Below are positions 17,573 through 28,612 of a stretch of DNA of 64,000 nt, one piece after another. Under the pieces are notes generated by a model. The model saw only the letters and a list, made by a program, of their open reading frames with translations, searched no databases and was not told the DNA's origin. The position numbers were made by a program, and so were the translations under genes. The stretch is from Bythopirellula sp. (GTDB lineage Bacteria > Planctomycetota > Planctomycetia > Pirellulales > Lacipirellulaceae). The number at the start of each line of letters is the position of its first letter. Position 1 is the first letter of the stretch. The stretch spans positions 4,096,001 through 4,160,000 of the forward strand of contig OZ244170.1 in NCBI GenBank assembly GCA_965216565.1, read 5' to 3'.

Positions 17573-20044
17573 TTAATCGAGAAATACAAACTCATTCAAA
17601 TTATAAACCATTAGGCAGTACTGTACCAAAGCATCGTGTTCGTTGAGTCCATGCTCTGCTTGCATAGTGTTGAGCAACTTCACACTGTCCTTGATGGTGT
17701 TTTCATCGGGATCGCGTAGGAGGATCAGCCTCAATGCACCATTCACTTGGGCCCAAGGATCGTCACCCGCTTCACGCTCAACTCGTTCTGCAAGGTATCG
17801 TGCCTGATCTTGCATAAAGTCACCGTGCAACAGATTCAAGGCTTGTGCCGCTTGTGTGGTGTTGAACCGAGCTTCGCAACTCGTATCTGTCTCAGGAAAA
17901 TCAAACAGCGACAGTTCCGGAGCGATAAGGCTTCGCTTGATGTGAATATAGATACTTCTGCGTGAAGCATCGCGTCGATTCGAGGTGTGCCAATCTTTAC
18001 CTGGTTTGCTCTGAGTCGCTAATACCTCTCGACTCAACGGTGGGTAGATGCTTGGCCCATAAGTCGTGTCATTGAGTTCGCCTGATACAAACAACACCGA
18101 GTCGCGGATCTCCTCAGCCGTCAAACGACGCATATCGAATCGCCAGAACAAGTTATTCTCCGGATCGGAGGCGAGGCCCTGTGGAGAAGCAGCACTGGCC
18201 ATTTGATAGGCATTTGATAATAGAATCAACCGATGCAAAGGCTTGAGCCGCCACTCGTGGTCGATCAGATAGAATGTAAGCCAATCGAGCAGCTGGGGGT
18301 GCGTGGGTGGAGTGCCAAGCTGTCCGAAATTGTTCGCGGTTCGAACTATGCCGCGGCCAAAATGGTGCTGCCATACGCGGTTGGCCATCACGCGGCCCGT
18401 CAACATGTTGTCTGGGCTGGCGATCCATGTTGCCAACACACGCCTTCGCCCGGTCGTGCGTGCGTTGCTGTCTTGCATTGGAATGTTGGCCGTCGCTCCG
18501 CCGAACAGCTCAGGGAACTCCGGTTCCACCGCTTCGCCTGGCGCATGCGGGTTGCCCCGAAACATTACATGGGTCGTGCCGGGATGGGGTTCACACTTGG
18601 CGAGCGACAACACCCAATCTGCCGGAGGCAATGCTTCTTGTTGCAATTGAATCTTGCTTAGCTTGGTTTTGATCTCTGAATAGGTGCGGAAAGTCTCTGC
18701 GCTCATGTACTCATGAATTTTCTCGCTGAGCAGTTCCTCACGGGCCTCGGTTTCGGATCGATTTTGATCGGTGGCCGACATCTTGCGGATCGCTTGTTCC
18801 TCAAACTTTCGAGCCTGGTCACCAAATATTTTCGTCTGCTGTGCCAGCGCCACACGTTTCTTGGCGGCATCCTCTGGGGAGCAATCCCACAGGCTGTGAG
18901 TCTTGGGATCATTGTTGCGGGGAATCGCATAGGGAGTGACATCTGCAAAGAATGCCAAGAATTTGTAGTAGTCGGTCTGAGGTATGGGGTCGATTTTGTG
19001 ATCGTGGCACCGTGCGCAGCCTACCGTCAGGCCCAAGAAAGCTTGTCCGGTGGTCGAGACGATGTTATCCAGGTCGTCGTAATGTGCCTGGAGGGCGTCG
19101 ACTGGTTCGTCATCCCAAGTGCCCAAGCGATAATAGCCGGTGGCGGTGATCGACTCCTTGGTTACCTCGTCAAGTTCATCACCGGCAAGTTGTTCGCGGA
19201 TAAATTGATCGTACGGCTTGTCTTCGTTGAAGGATCGAATCACGTAGTCTCGATACTTCCAAGCGTAGGGCTTCGGCGAATCGCGTTCAAAGCTATTGGT
19301 TTCAGCGTATCGCACCACGTCGAGCCAATGTCGGGCCCACTTCTCGCCGTACCTTGAAGAATCGAGCAGCTTGTCGACCAATCGCTTGTAAGCGTCCGGG
19401 CGTGTGTCGCCTAAGAACGATTCCAGTTCCTCGACGCTCGGTGGCAAGCCAGTCAGATCGTAATAAAGACGACGAGCTAAAACAGCGCGTCCGGCCGGCG
19501 GCGCTGGTTGTAAGCCCCGCTGTTCTAGGCGATGAAGGATGAAATTGTCGATCGGGTTGCGAACCCAACTAGAGCCTTTCACTTCTGGGAGCGTGTGCCG
19601 CTCTGGTGGCACAAACGCCCAGTGCGCCTCAAACGTTGCTCCATCTTGAATCCATTGCCGAAGGACTTCAATCTCTTGCGGATTGAGAGGTTCGCCCTCC
19701 AGCGGCATACGCTCGTCCTCATCGCGAGAGGTCACACGATTGAGCAGCTCACTCTGCGCAGGCTTCCCAGGAACAATTGCATACCGCCCCGATTCGGCTT
19801 CGGCATGAGCAGAAGCTGGTTTGTGCAGGGCAAGCCCACCCTCGGCAACGTCGGGGCCATGGCAAGAAAAACAGCGTGACGCGAGTATGGATTGCACTTG
19901 TGGAAAGGATGAACCAAGTTCAGCAACCGCAGCACTCGGGAATACCGGGCAGTACAATGCGCACATCAAAGCTGCCCGATGGATAAGCAAGTTGTGGTTG
20001 CTTGACGTGAACACAATGCTACTCAAGAAAGAAGAACGCGACAC
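17573..20044 (-). CDS. Planctomycete cytochrome c / PSD1 (DUF1549 + DUF1553) protein
   Basis: CFSCH and CARCH heme motifs; HWAF, NPIDNFI, RRLYYDLTGLPP, PPTHPQLLDWL. Confidence 0.92.
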   Translation of the reverse strand: MSRSSFLSSIVFTSSNHNLLIHRAALMCALYCPVFPSAAVAELGSSFPQVQSILASRCFSCHGPDVAEGGLALHKPASAHAEAESGRYAIVPGKPAQSELLNRVTSRDEDERMPLEGEPLNPQEIEVLRQWIQDGATFEAHWAFVPPERHTLPEVKGSSWVRNPIDNFILHRLEQRGLQPAPPAGRAVLARRLYYDLTGLPPSVEELESFLGDTRPDAYKRLVDKLLDSSRYGEKWARHWLDVVRYAETNSFERDSPKPYAWKYRDYVIRSFNEDKPYDQFIREQLAGDELDEVTKESITATGYYRLGTWDDEPVDALQAHYDDLDNIVSTTGQAFLGLTVGCARCHDHKIDPIPQTDYYKFLAFFADVTPYAIPRNNDPKTHSLWDCSPEDAAKKRVALAQQTKIFGDQARKFEEQAIRKMSATDQNRSETEAREELLSEKIHEYMSAETFRTYSEIKTKLSKIQLQQEALPPADWVLSLAKCEPHPGTTHVMFRGNPHAPGEAVEPEFPELFGGATANIPMQDSNARTTGRRRVLATWIASPDNMLTGRVMANRVWQHHFGRGIVRTANNFGQLGTPPTHPQLLDWLTFYLIDHEWRLKPLHRLILLSNAYQMASAASPQGLASDPENNLFWRFDMRRLTAEEIRDSVLFVSGELNDTTYGPSIYPPLSREVLATQSKPGKDWHTSNRRDASRRSIYIHIKRSLIAPELSLFDFPETDTSCEARFNTTQAAQALNLLHGDFMQDQARYLAERVEREAGDDPWAQVNGALRLILLRDPDENTIKDSVKLLNTMQAEHGLNEHDALVQYCLMVYNLNEFVFLD

Positions 20045-20065
20045 ACTAGGCTCTCAGTATAGCCT

Positions 20066-22366
20066 TCACTCTTTACTAATAGAAATCATTAATGAAGAAC
20101 TGGGCGCAGCCTTCATCATTCTGCCAACATGCCCCCGTCCTTGATTGTTTCTACTGACTTTCTTCGAAGCACGTATCAACTGCCCTTCCTCAAGCCACGG
20201 TTGAATCAGCACCTTCTTCAGTGGATTTCCGCGGACTGTAATGGTTTTCTCAACGCGGTTTCCTTTGTCCGTTCTCTCGTAGGTGACCTGAGGCCAGTGG
20301 GTTGTTCCATCTATTTCGATCGGCACTCGAACCTCCATTGAAGTCCATTCCTCCGGCATATTGTCACTGACGGTGAACGTGCTTTCGGGAATCGAATAGT
20401 CAACTCCCGCCATGCCTTCCAGAAACAACAGGATCTTCCCTGCGTTGAAATTTGAATACTGATCACCCCAGGGAAATGGTTCTGCATCCCACGCTTCAGG
20501 GGCAATTGGGATTCCCCAATGCATGTTATAGCCCTTCAAATGAGCCAAGGCACACTTGTTGGCGTCGCGCCCTACGTGACTGTTATACATCCCGATGAGC
20601 GCGTAGTAGTTGGTGTCGGGTGTGGAAGAGAACTCTGGATCCTTCACATTCTTTAAATCTGGAATCGATCTAGACGACAGGGGAACCTTCCAAAAGAAAC
20701 CATCCTCAGAGTTTAAGGCCCAGCGCCGAGTCATCTGCAGAGCCCACTCTTCCGGAAAATAGCTATTTCGCATGTAGGCAAATCCGCTCCAGCCCAAACG
20801 GTCTGGCCCACCGCCGAAATAGCTGGGTCGATGCTTTTCCCACATATCGTTGAGCCAGTGTTCGCCGCCCTTCAAGTTGACCAATTCTAACCAACGATCC
20901 GGATTCTCTCGGTCGCGGGTTAGGATTGCCATCTCCCTCAAATATTTGGCCGCGTCGTAGTGGCAGCCCCAATGGCTGTGCATGCCGTCTTTGAAGAGGA
21001 CTTTGAAATAATCGTCGTAACAGTCATGAAGGAAGTCAACGTCTCCTGTTCGCTGATAAATTTTCCAAGCCCCGATGACGTGCTCAGTCGTGGTGCCCCA
21101 GACGGGAGAAAACCATTGGATGCCTTTGTTGTCTGGTAGTGCCCCTCCGTCTTTAGCATAGGGCAGCAATGGCTTCCAGTGTAGGACGTTGCCATAGGCA
21201 TACGTTTCCTTGTCCGCGGTCCAAGCTCCTACTTGGATCTGAAAATTTGCATCGTAGCGGTGCATCCCGAGAAAGTTGTTGACTGCCGACTGCGTATGCG
21301 GATACATCTCCCACCCCTCCTGAACGTCGATGTAGTACATCATGTGTATCGCCCAAAGGTAGTAGTAGATGTCGACCATGTCCTGATCCGAACAACGGAA
21401 GTATGGAATCTGGTAGTTCAATAAATCATTCATAGCCTTCGTTTTGTCAGACATTGCACCGTGAACGTCGTACAGCACTTCGCGAGCATCTTCCAATGCC
21501 GTCGAATACTCATCCGCCATAGCCCACACAATGGTCGTACCTTGTTCGTCACACATCGTTTCGAAAGAATAGCTGCATTGGCTGTTCTCATCGGTACTGG
21601 ACTTGAAATTCTCGATCGGGCTAGAAGTCGAAAGAACAGTGCTCATCCCGTCGTAGATCAGTTTGCCCGGCTGCGATTCACCCTGAACCGGGTGGGTAGT
21701 AACGGTGCCGCCTTCAGAGATGTGAACAACTTTATCGGTCTTATTGTGTTCAACAGTTGCGGTTGACGTGAGGCTCAAGCGAGGGACAAATAGGCTCTTG
21801 CCATCGAACAGTAGCCGTACCGGGGCATCAGCCGTGATGTGCGAGCACACGACATCGCTGTCGGCGATAAACTTCTCCTCGTGAATCTTTACTCCAGCTA
21901 CTTCGTATTCGCAGATGACTTTGTCTGGCCGCCATTTCATCGAAACGGGCGCCGGTGCTGGGTAGTTTTTGCCATCGACGATCACCGTGCCATAAGCGAC
22001 GCGCGTTTGCGAGTAAAATTCCCAGCCACGAAAGTCGTGGCCGAAGCCGCTTCCCTCATGCTGGACCAGGCCAAACCCTCTGCCTCGCAAATCGTGGAAG
22101 AAAGGGTGAGTGAGACCGATCGTTTCATCCTCATGCTTTTTCCAGCAGTGGTAGATTCCTCCAATGTAGTAGGTCTTGTTGCCCGCTAGAAATGCGTGCT
22201 TCCGCCCTTGGATTTCTTGACTCAGCATTTCGCAGTAGTCTATGTACGGCGGCTTGGTCTCGGCTGGCTTGGTCTTGCCGGTTGCTGGATTACTTAGCGA
22301 AAGGACCGCCAGCATGGCACCCACAATCAGCATGAGTGGACTGGATATCCAAAGAAGAATTCTCAT
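20066..22366 (-). CDS. Secreted putative six-hairpin glycosidase (GH63/MGH1-like)
   Basis: Signal peptide; IPYFRCSDQDMVDIYYYLW resembles MGH1-like domain start; aromatic-rich; glycosidase neighbourhood. Confidence 0.55.
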   Translation of the reverse strand: MRILLWISSPLMLIVGAMLAVLSLSNPATGKTKPAETKPPYIDYCEMLSQEIQGRKHAFLAGNKTYYIGGIYHCWKKHEDETIGLTHPFFHDLRGRGFGLVQHEGSGFGHDFRGWEFYSQTRVAYGTVIVDGKNYPAPAPVSMKWRPDKVICEYEVAGVKIHEEKFIADSDVVCSHITADAPVRLLFDGKSLFVPRLSLTSTATVEHNKTDKVVHISEGGTVTTHPVQGESQPGKLIYDGMSTVLSTSSPIENFKSSTDENSQCSYSFETMCDEQGTTIVWAMADEYSTALEDAREVLYDVHGAMSDKTKAMNDLLNYQIPYFRCSDQDMVDIYYYLWAIHMMYYIDVQEGWEMYPHTQSAVNNFLGMHRYDANFQIQVGAWTADKETYAYGNVLHWKPLLPYAKDGGALPDNKGIQWFSPVWGTTTEHVIGAWKIYQRTGDVDFLHDCYDDYFKVLFKDGMHSHWGCHYDAAKYLREMAILTRDRENPDRWLELVNLKGGEHWLNDMWEKHRPSYFGGGPDRLGWSGFAYMRNSYFPEEWALQMTRRWALNSEDGFFWKVPLSSRSIPDLKNVKDPEFSSTPDTNYYALIGMYNSHVGRDANKCALAHLKGYNMHWGIPIAPEAWDAEPFPWGDQYSNFNAGKILLFLEGMAGVDYSIPESTFTVSDNMPEEWTSMEVRVPIEIDGTTHWPQVTYERTDKGNRVEKTITVRGNPLKKVLIQPWLEEGQLIRASKKVSRNNQGRGHVGRMMKAAPSSSLMISISKE

Positions 22367-22371
22367 CTAAC

Positions 22372-23865
22372 CTATCTCCATTCGCTTGCTAAACGGGCCC
22401 GCCGGACACCTTCCAGCGCATCGTTGTGACGCTTAATATTCGCTTCACTAGGAGCTGCACGTTGTTTCTCTCGTTGGATATATCTCTCCAGCTCGCGGAT
22501 TCTGGCGTCGAACATATCGTCGATGTCTTCGGCACCCACTTCCTCCAAATAGGTGAGCAGTCGATTGTGAAGCTGCTCGGCCCTCTCCGGCATCTGAGCG
22601 ACCAGATCGGTCGTCTCGCCAATATCCTTGATGAGATCATAGAGCTGCACTTCCTGGGTGTGCAGATTCATGACCAGCTTGAAGTCACCGTCACGAATGG
22701 CTGACATAGGCAACGTGCCACCATACCACGGGAAATGAAAAATCAACTCCTGGGTGCCCCGGTCAATAGTGCCATGGTTACTTTTCTCAAAAACCTCTCG
22801 AAGGCTGCCTCCATCATACTCCTCCGGTAAAGGATCTCCTCCAATTAAGTCATTGATCGTCGCATAGAAATCCCATCCCGCGATGGGGACATCGCAGGTT
22901 TCACCTCGCTTGACGCCAGGCCCAACTACCACCGTCGGCACTCGGATACCACCCTCCCAAAGCTGTGCCTTCCCTCCCCGTAGTGGGTTGTTGTTCCGAA
23001 ACGATCCGCCGTTATCAGAAGTGAAAATGACGTAGGTATTTTCTTTGATTCCCAGGGTCTCAATTTTTTCAAGGAGGGATCCTACACCCGTATCCAAATC
23101 TTCAATCATGGCCGCGTAAGCGAATATCGAAGAATTACGAGGGGGGTTCTCAAAGTCTCTTTGAATCACTTTCTTGCCGCGGGGAAGCTGCCGATATTTT
23201 TCGATGGTCTCCTTTCTTGCGCGATTCGAAACATGAACCGCGTAGTGCGAAACTTGCATAAAGAAAGGGCGGTCTGCAGCGACCTGTTTCTCCATGAACT
23301 CATTTGCCCTGCGAGTTACGCTAAAGATCCGTTTCGGATCATCCTCCGGCATTGGGGTTTTGTCTTTAACGACGAGATAATCTCCCTCGCCGTTGTTGGT
23401 ATTGCCATCCGAAGAATCGAAGCCCGCATGCTCTGGAGAGCGAGGATGGAATCCCCACTTTCCAAAATGCCCGGTGATGTAATCCGCATCAGCGCGTTTG
23501 ACCATCTCGGCGAGCGAGACTTCGTCTTTGCAGTCGATACCCCTCTCAGCCGCGAGAACATCGTGCACAATGGTCTGCCGAAGACGGCAAGGCGTTTTCC
23601 CAAACTGCATACCCGCGCGGGAGGGCGTGCAGGTGGGTGCGCACGCGTAAGCATTAGAGAAAACTAGTCCCTCTCTGGCCATACTCTCCAACGCGGGTGT
23701 CTGATAGTAATCGCTACGCGACTCCGGAAGGTCCGACATCATTTGTACGGAGGTGTCGGTCCAACCCTGATCGTCCGTAAACACCAGAACAATGTTCGGC
23801 TTGTCCGCAGCGCTGCAAGTCGACAATGATAAGATTGAAAACCAGAGTATTGGCAAGTATCTCAT
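22372..23865 (-). CDS. Sulfatase (S1, formylglycine-dependent)
   Basis: PNIVLVFTDDQG, CTPSRA, GKW, SDNG; likely start MRYLP at 23865. Confidence 0.92.
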   Translation of the reverse strand: MRYLPILWFSILSLSTCSAADKPNIVLVFTDDQGWTDTSVQMMSDLPESRSDYYQTPALESMAREGLVFSNAYACAPTCTPSRAGMQFGKTPCRLRQTIVHDVLAAERGIDCKDEVSLAEMVKRADADYITGHFGKWGFHPRSPEHAGFDSSDGNTNNGEGDYLVVKDKTPMPEDDPKRIFSVTRRANEFMEKQVAADRPFFMQVSHYAVHVSNRARKETIEKYRQLPRGKKVIQRDFENPPRNSSIFAYAAMIEDLDTGVGSLLEKIETLGIKENTYVIFTSDNGGSFRNNNPLRGGKAQLWEGGIRVPTVVVGPGVKRGETCDVPIAGWDFYATINDLIGGDPLPEEYDGGSLREVFEKSNHGTIDRGTQELIFHFPWYGGTLPMSAIRDGDFKLVMNLHTQEVQLYDLIKDIGETTDLVAQMPERAEQLHNRLLTYLEEVGAEDIDDMFDARIRELERYIQREKQRAAPSEANIKRHNDALEGVRRARLASEWR

Positions 23866-23887
23866 GGGTAATCCCCTATTCACTACC

Positions 23888-26092
23888 CTATCGAAATGAA
23901 GAAAGACCAGAGACATTAATGGTCGATCCGCTTGAGGACGCATCACTTTCTCCGCTTACGGTCACTTCAATCGTATGATTACCGGGCGAGAGATCCGTTA
24001 CCGACCAACGAAAGGGCACTCTTCGCTGATCCATCCTGCCCACATGCACATCGCCATAGCAATACTGGTTGACGCCCCCGACAGTTTTGCCATCAATCTT
24101 CACACCTGCAATGCCTGCGTTGTCGTACCGCAATCCCTCCCACTCAATGGCAGAGCCATTGAACTCAGCCGAAAAACTATTGCCTGGTTCCGAGCTATAT
24201 CGTCCACCGCCGCGTAACTCCCAGGAGCCTTCGAATTCGATTGCTCCCAGGGGAATCGACGTCTTGCCCTCGCGGTTGAAATACATCCGGTAGAACTCGC
24301 CAGTTTCGATCTCATAGAACGGGCGGAACTCTTGATTGGTGTGTAAATTCCGTGCTGGATTGACGCGTGCCTCGCCGCCGATTTCCAAATAGTCCGCTGG
24401 AATCCTCAGAGTGTCCATTGCCGGGAGTTGATGTTCTGACTGACGTGCCGTTGCTTGGACCATGACTACAGGACCACAAAGCACAGCAACCGGGGAGACG
24501 CTCCCAGGTGCAGGCTCGAGTCGGGGTGACATATCGAACGTAAGAGTCACGACGTCCCCAGCCCGCCACTCTCTTTCGATCTCTGCCCAGGTGCCTGGCA
24601 CGGCGTCCACAGAACTTGGCACACCGTTAAGAGCAACACTTACGCCATCCTGAGCCCAGAGTGGCACACGAAACTTGAGTCCAAACTGGCTTGGCTCGTC
24701 CGAGTCAATTCGAATCTCAACATTGTCATCTGCCGGAAAACGCGTTTGCTGAGTTACGCGCACGTCTCCCCCTGGCCCCTTCCAATCGACAGACGAAGGT
24801 ATAAACAGATTCACATAGAGACTCTTGTCATCATGGAAATAGATGAGGTTGTGATAATCATTGACTGTTTGAAGAAAGGAACCTTGGCAGCAGAACCATA
24901 CTGTGCTGTGCGACTTCTGTGCGCCGTAGGTGTTGTAGCTGGAGCCATACATGATCATTCCATAGTCGTTCATCGGCACCATCGCACCAACGCCGTTGTA
25001 CACCAGTCGCTCTATCCAATCGCCGTAGCGAGCGTCTCCGGTAAACTGCATCAGATAACGGCCCAGTTTGAAGCCAGCCCATGAGCCGCATGATGTTTCG
25101 AAGTGAAAACGGACGTCGACGTTGGCTGCCCCACGCCTGATGCCGATCAGCGTTTCGGGCATTCCATTGGGAACGATGAAACTCTCTTCCGGGCCATAGC
25201 CACCCGTGGCAAACAATTGGGTCTCATCGAGAAAATCATATGCGTTGACGATTGTATCTAAAAATCTCTGTTCGCCAGTCGCACTGTACGCCATTGCGGC
25301 GCTGCTCAGAGAGTTGACGTGGCTGTAAGCATGGAAGCTTCGATGCGTGGTTGCTTGTTGGAGAGTCCCAAATACATCGTCCTTAGCAGCCAATGAATCC
25401 CAAAAGTTGTCGTAATTCCACACTTTGGCGAACTTAAGATAGCGATCGTCTCCGGTCAGCTCGTAAGCTCGGTAGAGATTCTCCGCCAACGTATACCACT
25501 CAGTAGGCCGAGCGTATGGATTGGAACGGTCGAGGTTGTTCTCCGCCCAAGTGGTGATCTTGTCAAGATACACGAGGGCAACGTCGCTGCCGATGTACTC
25601 GTACACATCGACAAGACCACCTACCATTTTCTCATAGTCGTAGTGACTTCCTTTTCCTGCTTCATAGCCATAAGATCCGTCCGCGCCGATCGTTTTACCC
25701 CATTCCTCCATTAGGTGCAGGGCCCGTTGTCGCACGGCAATGTCTCCCGTAGCGCGATACATGCGAGCGAACCCTCCGAGCCATTGCCCGAATGAAAGTG
25801 GTCGTTCGCTGTACGCACCCCCCAAGTCTTTGCCTGGCGCCCATTCTCTATTTTTTAAACGAAACCCACGTAAGATATCGTTGGGCCGCAGCTGCATATA
25901 GAAGTCTCGCACCTGCAGAAACTGCTCCTGATGCCTGCTGGGTAGGAGACGCACGCCGTTGTAATTAAAGGCTCTAATTTCGCGTTTACCACGCGGAGGA
26001 GGCGGCGTGGTACTGATTGATGACTCATCGCCACTAGCTTCACCCGGCAACAAAACTAAAAACAAAATCGCCGTTACGAATATTTGCTGCAT
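23888..26092 (-). CDS. GH127/GH146-type beta-L-arabinofuranosidase domain protein with C-terminal beta-sandwich
   Basis: HAYSHVN, TGGYG, FETSC, WFCCQG, LYVNLF, Q.TRFP, RVPLWA. Confidence 0.8.
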   Translation of the reverse strand: MQQIFVTAILFLVLLPGEASGDESSISTTPPPPRGKREIRAFNYNGVRLLPSRHQEQFLQVRDFYMQLRPNDILRGFRLKNREWAPGKDLGGAYSERPLSFGQWLGGFARMYRATGDIAVRQRALHLMEEWGKTIGADGSYGYEAGKGSHYDYEKMVGGLVDVYEYIGSDVALVYLDKITTWAENNLDRSNPYARPTEWYTLAENLYRAYELTGDDRYLKFAKVWNYDNFWDSLAAKDDVFGTLQQATTHRSFHAYSHVNSLSSAAMAYSATGEQRFLDTIVNAYDFLDETQLFATGGYGPEESFIVPNGMPETLIGIRRGAANVDVRFHFETSCGSWAGFKLGRYLMQFTGDARYGDWIERLVYNGVGAMVPMNDYGMIMYGSSYNTYGAQKSHSTVWFCCQGSFLQTVNDYHNLIYFHDDKSLYVNLFIPSSVDWKGPGGDVRVTQQTRFPADDNVEIRIDSDEPSQFGLKFRVPLWAQDGVSVALNGVPSSVDAVPGTWAEIEREWRAGDVVTLTFDMSPRLEPAPGSVSPVAVLCGPVVMVQATARQSEHQLPAMDTLRIPADYLEIGGEARVNPARNLHTNQEFRPFYEIETGEFYRMYFNREGKTSIPLGAIEFEGSWELRGGGRYSSEPGNSFSAEFNGSAIEWEGLRYDNAGIAGVKIDGKTVGGVNQYCYGDVHVGRMDQRRVPFRWSVTDLSPGNHTIEVTVSGESDASSSGSTINVSGLSSFR

Positions 26093-26514
26093 CAGAGGTG
26101 ATTTCTTTCTATTCTCGGCTGTAGAACGGCCAACAGAAGTTTGTCTTAAGATAGAAATGCTCAGAAGATTCAAACTGGAGCAACTCGGCATGTGATCACG
26201 CCATATGCCGTGGAACTTGCATAGCCGCGGTTCAAGTAATCGCTACCCTTCCAAATACCACATGGCCAGATAACATCAAGGAGCAAACAGAGCCTCTTAA
26301 GTGAAACAGCTTTGATCGCCCTGGATTGCAACAAAAAGGAAAAATACAGTCCAGAAATCGAAGTTTTGTCGAGATTCCAATACAAAAATCGGTGCCTGAA
26401 GGTGTAGCCTATGGGGGTCTAGACTGGCCACCAAAGGCCAAGTTCTACGAGAGTTTCTGGGGGTGTTGGGAAGAAGAGCATTTTAATTGTTACGGCAAAA
26501 TTAAGAGGTGTGAG

Positions 26515-27588
26515 ATGGCGACGCAGCGTAAATATTCCGTCTGGTTAGGGCTGACGGCATGCCTGATTTTCGGTGCGTACATTTATCGGAGTTCACTTGA
26601 AGCATCCAATGGACCGAGCGGCAGGAAGCAATCGTCCAATCCCCGCCTGGCATTGATCGTAGGCGGCCCCGATCCTTTTTGGCAGGAAGTAATCGTCGGC
26701 GCAGAAGAGGCGTCGAAAGAGTTCGGGGCGACATTGACGGTTATCGAGCCCAACGGGACTGGATCTGGACAAACAACCGCTTTGGTAAGAATTGTCCCCG
26801 ATAATTTCGACGGACTGGCTATCAGCCCCTTGGCACCCGGCAGTCAGACACAATTGATTAGCAAGTTAGCAACGAAAATCAAAGTCGTGACCTACGACAA
26901 CGATGTTCCTGATTCACTTAGGCATTTGTACATTGGCACAGACAACGTAGCGGGAGGGCGTTTGGCCGCAGAACTGGTTATGCGCGCGTTACCCGATGGA
27001 GGCAAGATTGCACTATTTGTGGGGGACAATGAACGGCAGAACGCTCGTGACCGAAGGCACGCATTGATCAATTCACTGCGCGGCCAATCCTATAAGGGCC
27101 AAAAGGTTGATGAGGAGAATGCCGACGACGTAACTAATCCCATTCAGGCGGGAGACTATACGATCGTTTCCACGTACCTCGACGACAGCAATCCTGAGAA
27201 GGCTTTGGCTAATGCGAAGCAAGCCCTGCAAGATCATCCGCAACTTGCGGGCATGGTGGGCCTGTACGGATACAACGGTCCCGCGTGTTTAGAGGCGCTG
27301 CAAGAACTGGATAAGCTTAACGAGGTTAAGCTGGTTGCCTTTGACAATCATGAACCAACGCTCAAAGGAGTTGAAGAAGGATTGGTCGAGGGAACCGTTG
27401 TACAAGATCCCTATTTGTATGGCTACGAGTCCATCGAAACATTGTGCAAGTTGTGCCGAGGGCTGCCAGCAGCCGTACCGGTGCCTGGGGCAGGTTCCAT
27501 CGCACTACCCTCAGCCGTGGTTGATAGTAAGAATCTACAGAAGTATCAGAAGAATCTTCGGCAGCGAATTGCAACGAACAATCCCTAA
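26515..27588 (+). CDS. Sugar ABC-type substrate-binding protein (RbsB/AraF-like)
   Basis: DPFWQEV, YIGTDN.AGG, LVAFD, VVQDPY; GAGGTG RBS before ATG 26515. Confidence 0.88.
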   Translation: MATQRKYSVWLGLTACLIFGAYIYRSSLEASNGPSGRKQSSNPRLALIVGGPDPFWQEVIVGAEEASKEFGATLTVIEPNGTGSGQTTALVRIVPDNFDGLAISPLAPGSQTQLISKLATKIKVVTYDNDVPDSLRHLYIGTDNVAGGRLAAELVMRALPDGGKIALFVGDNERQNARDRRHALINSLRGQSYKGQKVDEENADDVTNPIQAGDYTIVSTYLDDSNPEKALANAKQALQDHPQLAGMVGLYGYNGPACLEALQELDKLNEVKLVAFDNHEPTLKGVEEGLVEGTVVQDPYLYGYESIETLCKLCRGLPAAVPVPGAGSIALPSAVVDSKNLQKYQKNLRQRIATNNP

Positions 27589-27640
27589 ACATGTAGCTTT
27601 GCTTTGACTGTCAAAGCACTCATGATTTGGAGAGAGAACA

Positions 27641-28612
27641 GTGCCTTCTAATTTGTATTCTCGTGCCATGACTATTATCGAGCTGTTAGTCGTGATAGCG
27701 CTGATTGGGGTACTGGTTGCACTACTTCTCCCTGCCGTGCAATCGGCTCGTGAAGCCGCCCGTCGAACGCAGTGTAAGAATACGCTGAAACAGATTTCTC
27801 TCGCGGCCTTGCTTCACGAAGATACGCATGAAGCATTTCCCACGGCCGGTTGGGGCTGGACCCAACCTCGCAATGTGAAGCTCGATTCTCAAGGCCAATA
27901 TCAACGGCCAGAAATCCTGGGCGAGCAGTCGTGGGGCTGGAGATATCAACTGTTGCCCTTTATTGAATACCAAGCACTCTGGGCACTGGAAAACGATTTT
28001 GAAATCCGAGCTGCCAAACCACCACTCATCAATTGCCCCAGTCGACGTCCCCCCACGTTCTATGGAGGCCAGCAAGGAGGAATTAGTTCGACTGTGCTTG
28101 GGGATTACGTAGGCAATGGGGGGGACACAGACGAGAGCGGGTGGAATCTGCTTGGTTTGACGCCCGACCCAAGTTGCAAATGTCGGTTCCAGACCGGGAC
28201 AATTACTTGGTACGAACCAGCAGAAATTCAAGCAAAGAAGAAGCCGCTCAGAAACCCACTGGTCAAAACTAGCCTGATTACCGACGGCACATCGCGCACG
28301 ATGCTATTTGGTGAGAAATATGTGAACGGACTTTGGACGGCGGGAGGATCTTGGGGAGACAACGCAGGCTGGTATGTCGGTCGCAGCTGGGATACTCAAC
28401 GGTTTGCCGTTCGCCCGCCACAACCCGATTCATTCTTAACCCATTTAAGCCCCAGCGTCGTCAAAGGATATCGAAAATACGATCGCTTTGGTTCTGCCCA
28501 TCCCGAAAGCTTTAACTGCAGCATGGCCGACGGCTCAGTCACCTCAATCAGTTTTGAAGTCGACATGAAAGCCCTGATGCAATTCTGCAACCGTCAAGAT
28601 AGTACGTTGTAG
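27641..28612 (+). CDS. DUF1559 prepilin-type protein
   Basis: [51 protein letters not shown]. Confidence 0.9.
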   Translation: MPSNLYSRAMTIIELLVVIALIGVLVALLLPAVQSAREAARRTQCKNTLKQISLAALLHEDTHEAFPTAGWGWTQPRNVKLDSQGQYQRPEILGEQSWGWRYQLLPFIEYQALWALENDFEIRAAKPPLINCPSRRPPTFYGGQQGGISSTVLGDYVGNGGDTDESGWNLLGLTPDPSCKCRFQTGTITWYEPAEIQAKKKPLRNPLVKTSLITDGTSRTMLFGEKYVNGLWTAGGSWGDNAGWYVGRSWDTQRFAVRPPQPDSFLTHLSPSVVKGYRKYDRFGSAHPESFNCSMADGSVTSISFEVDMKALMQFCNRQDSTL

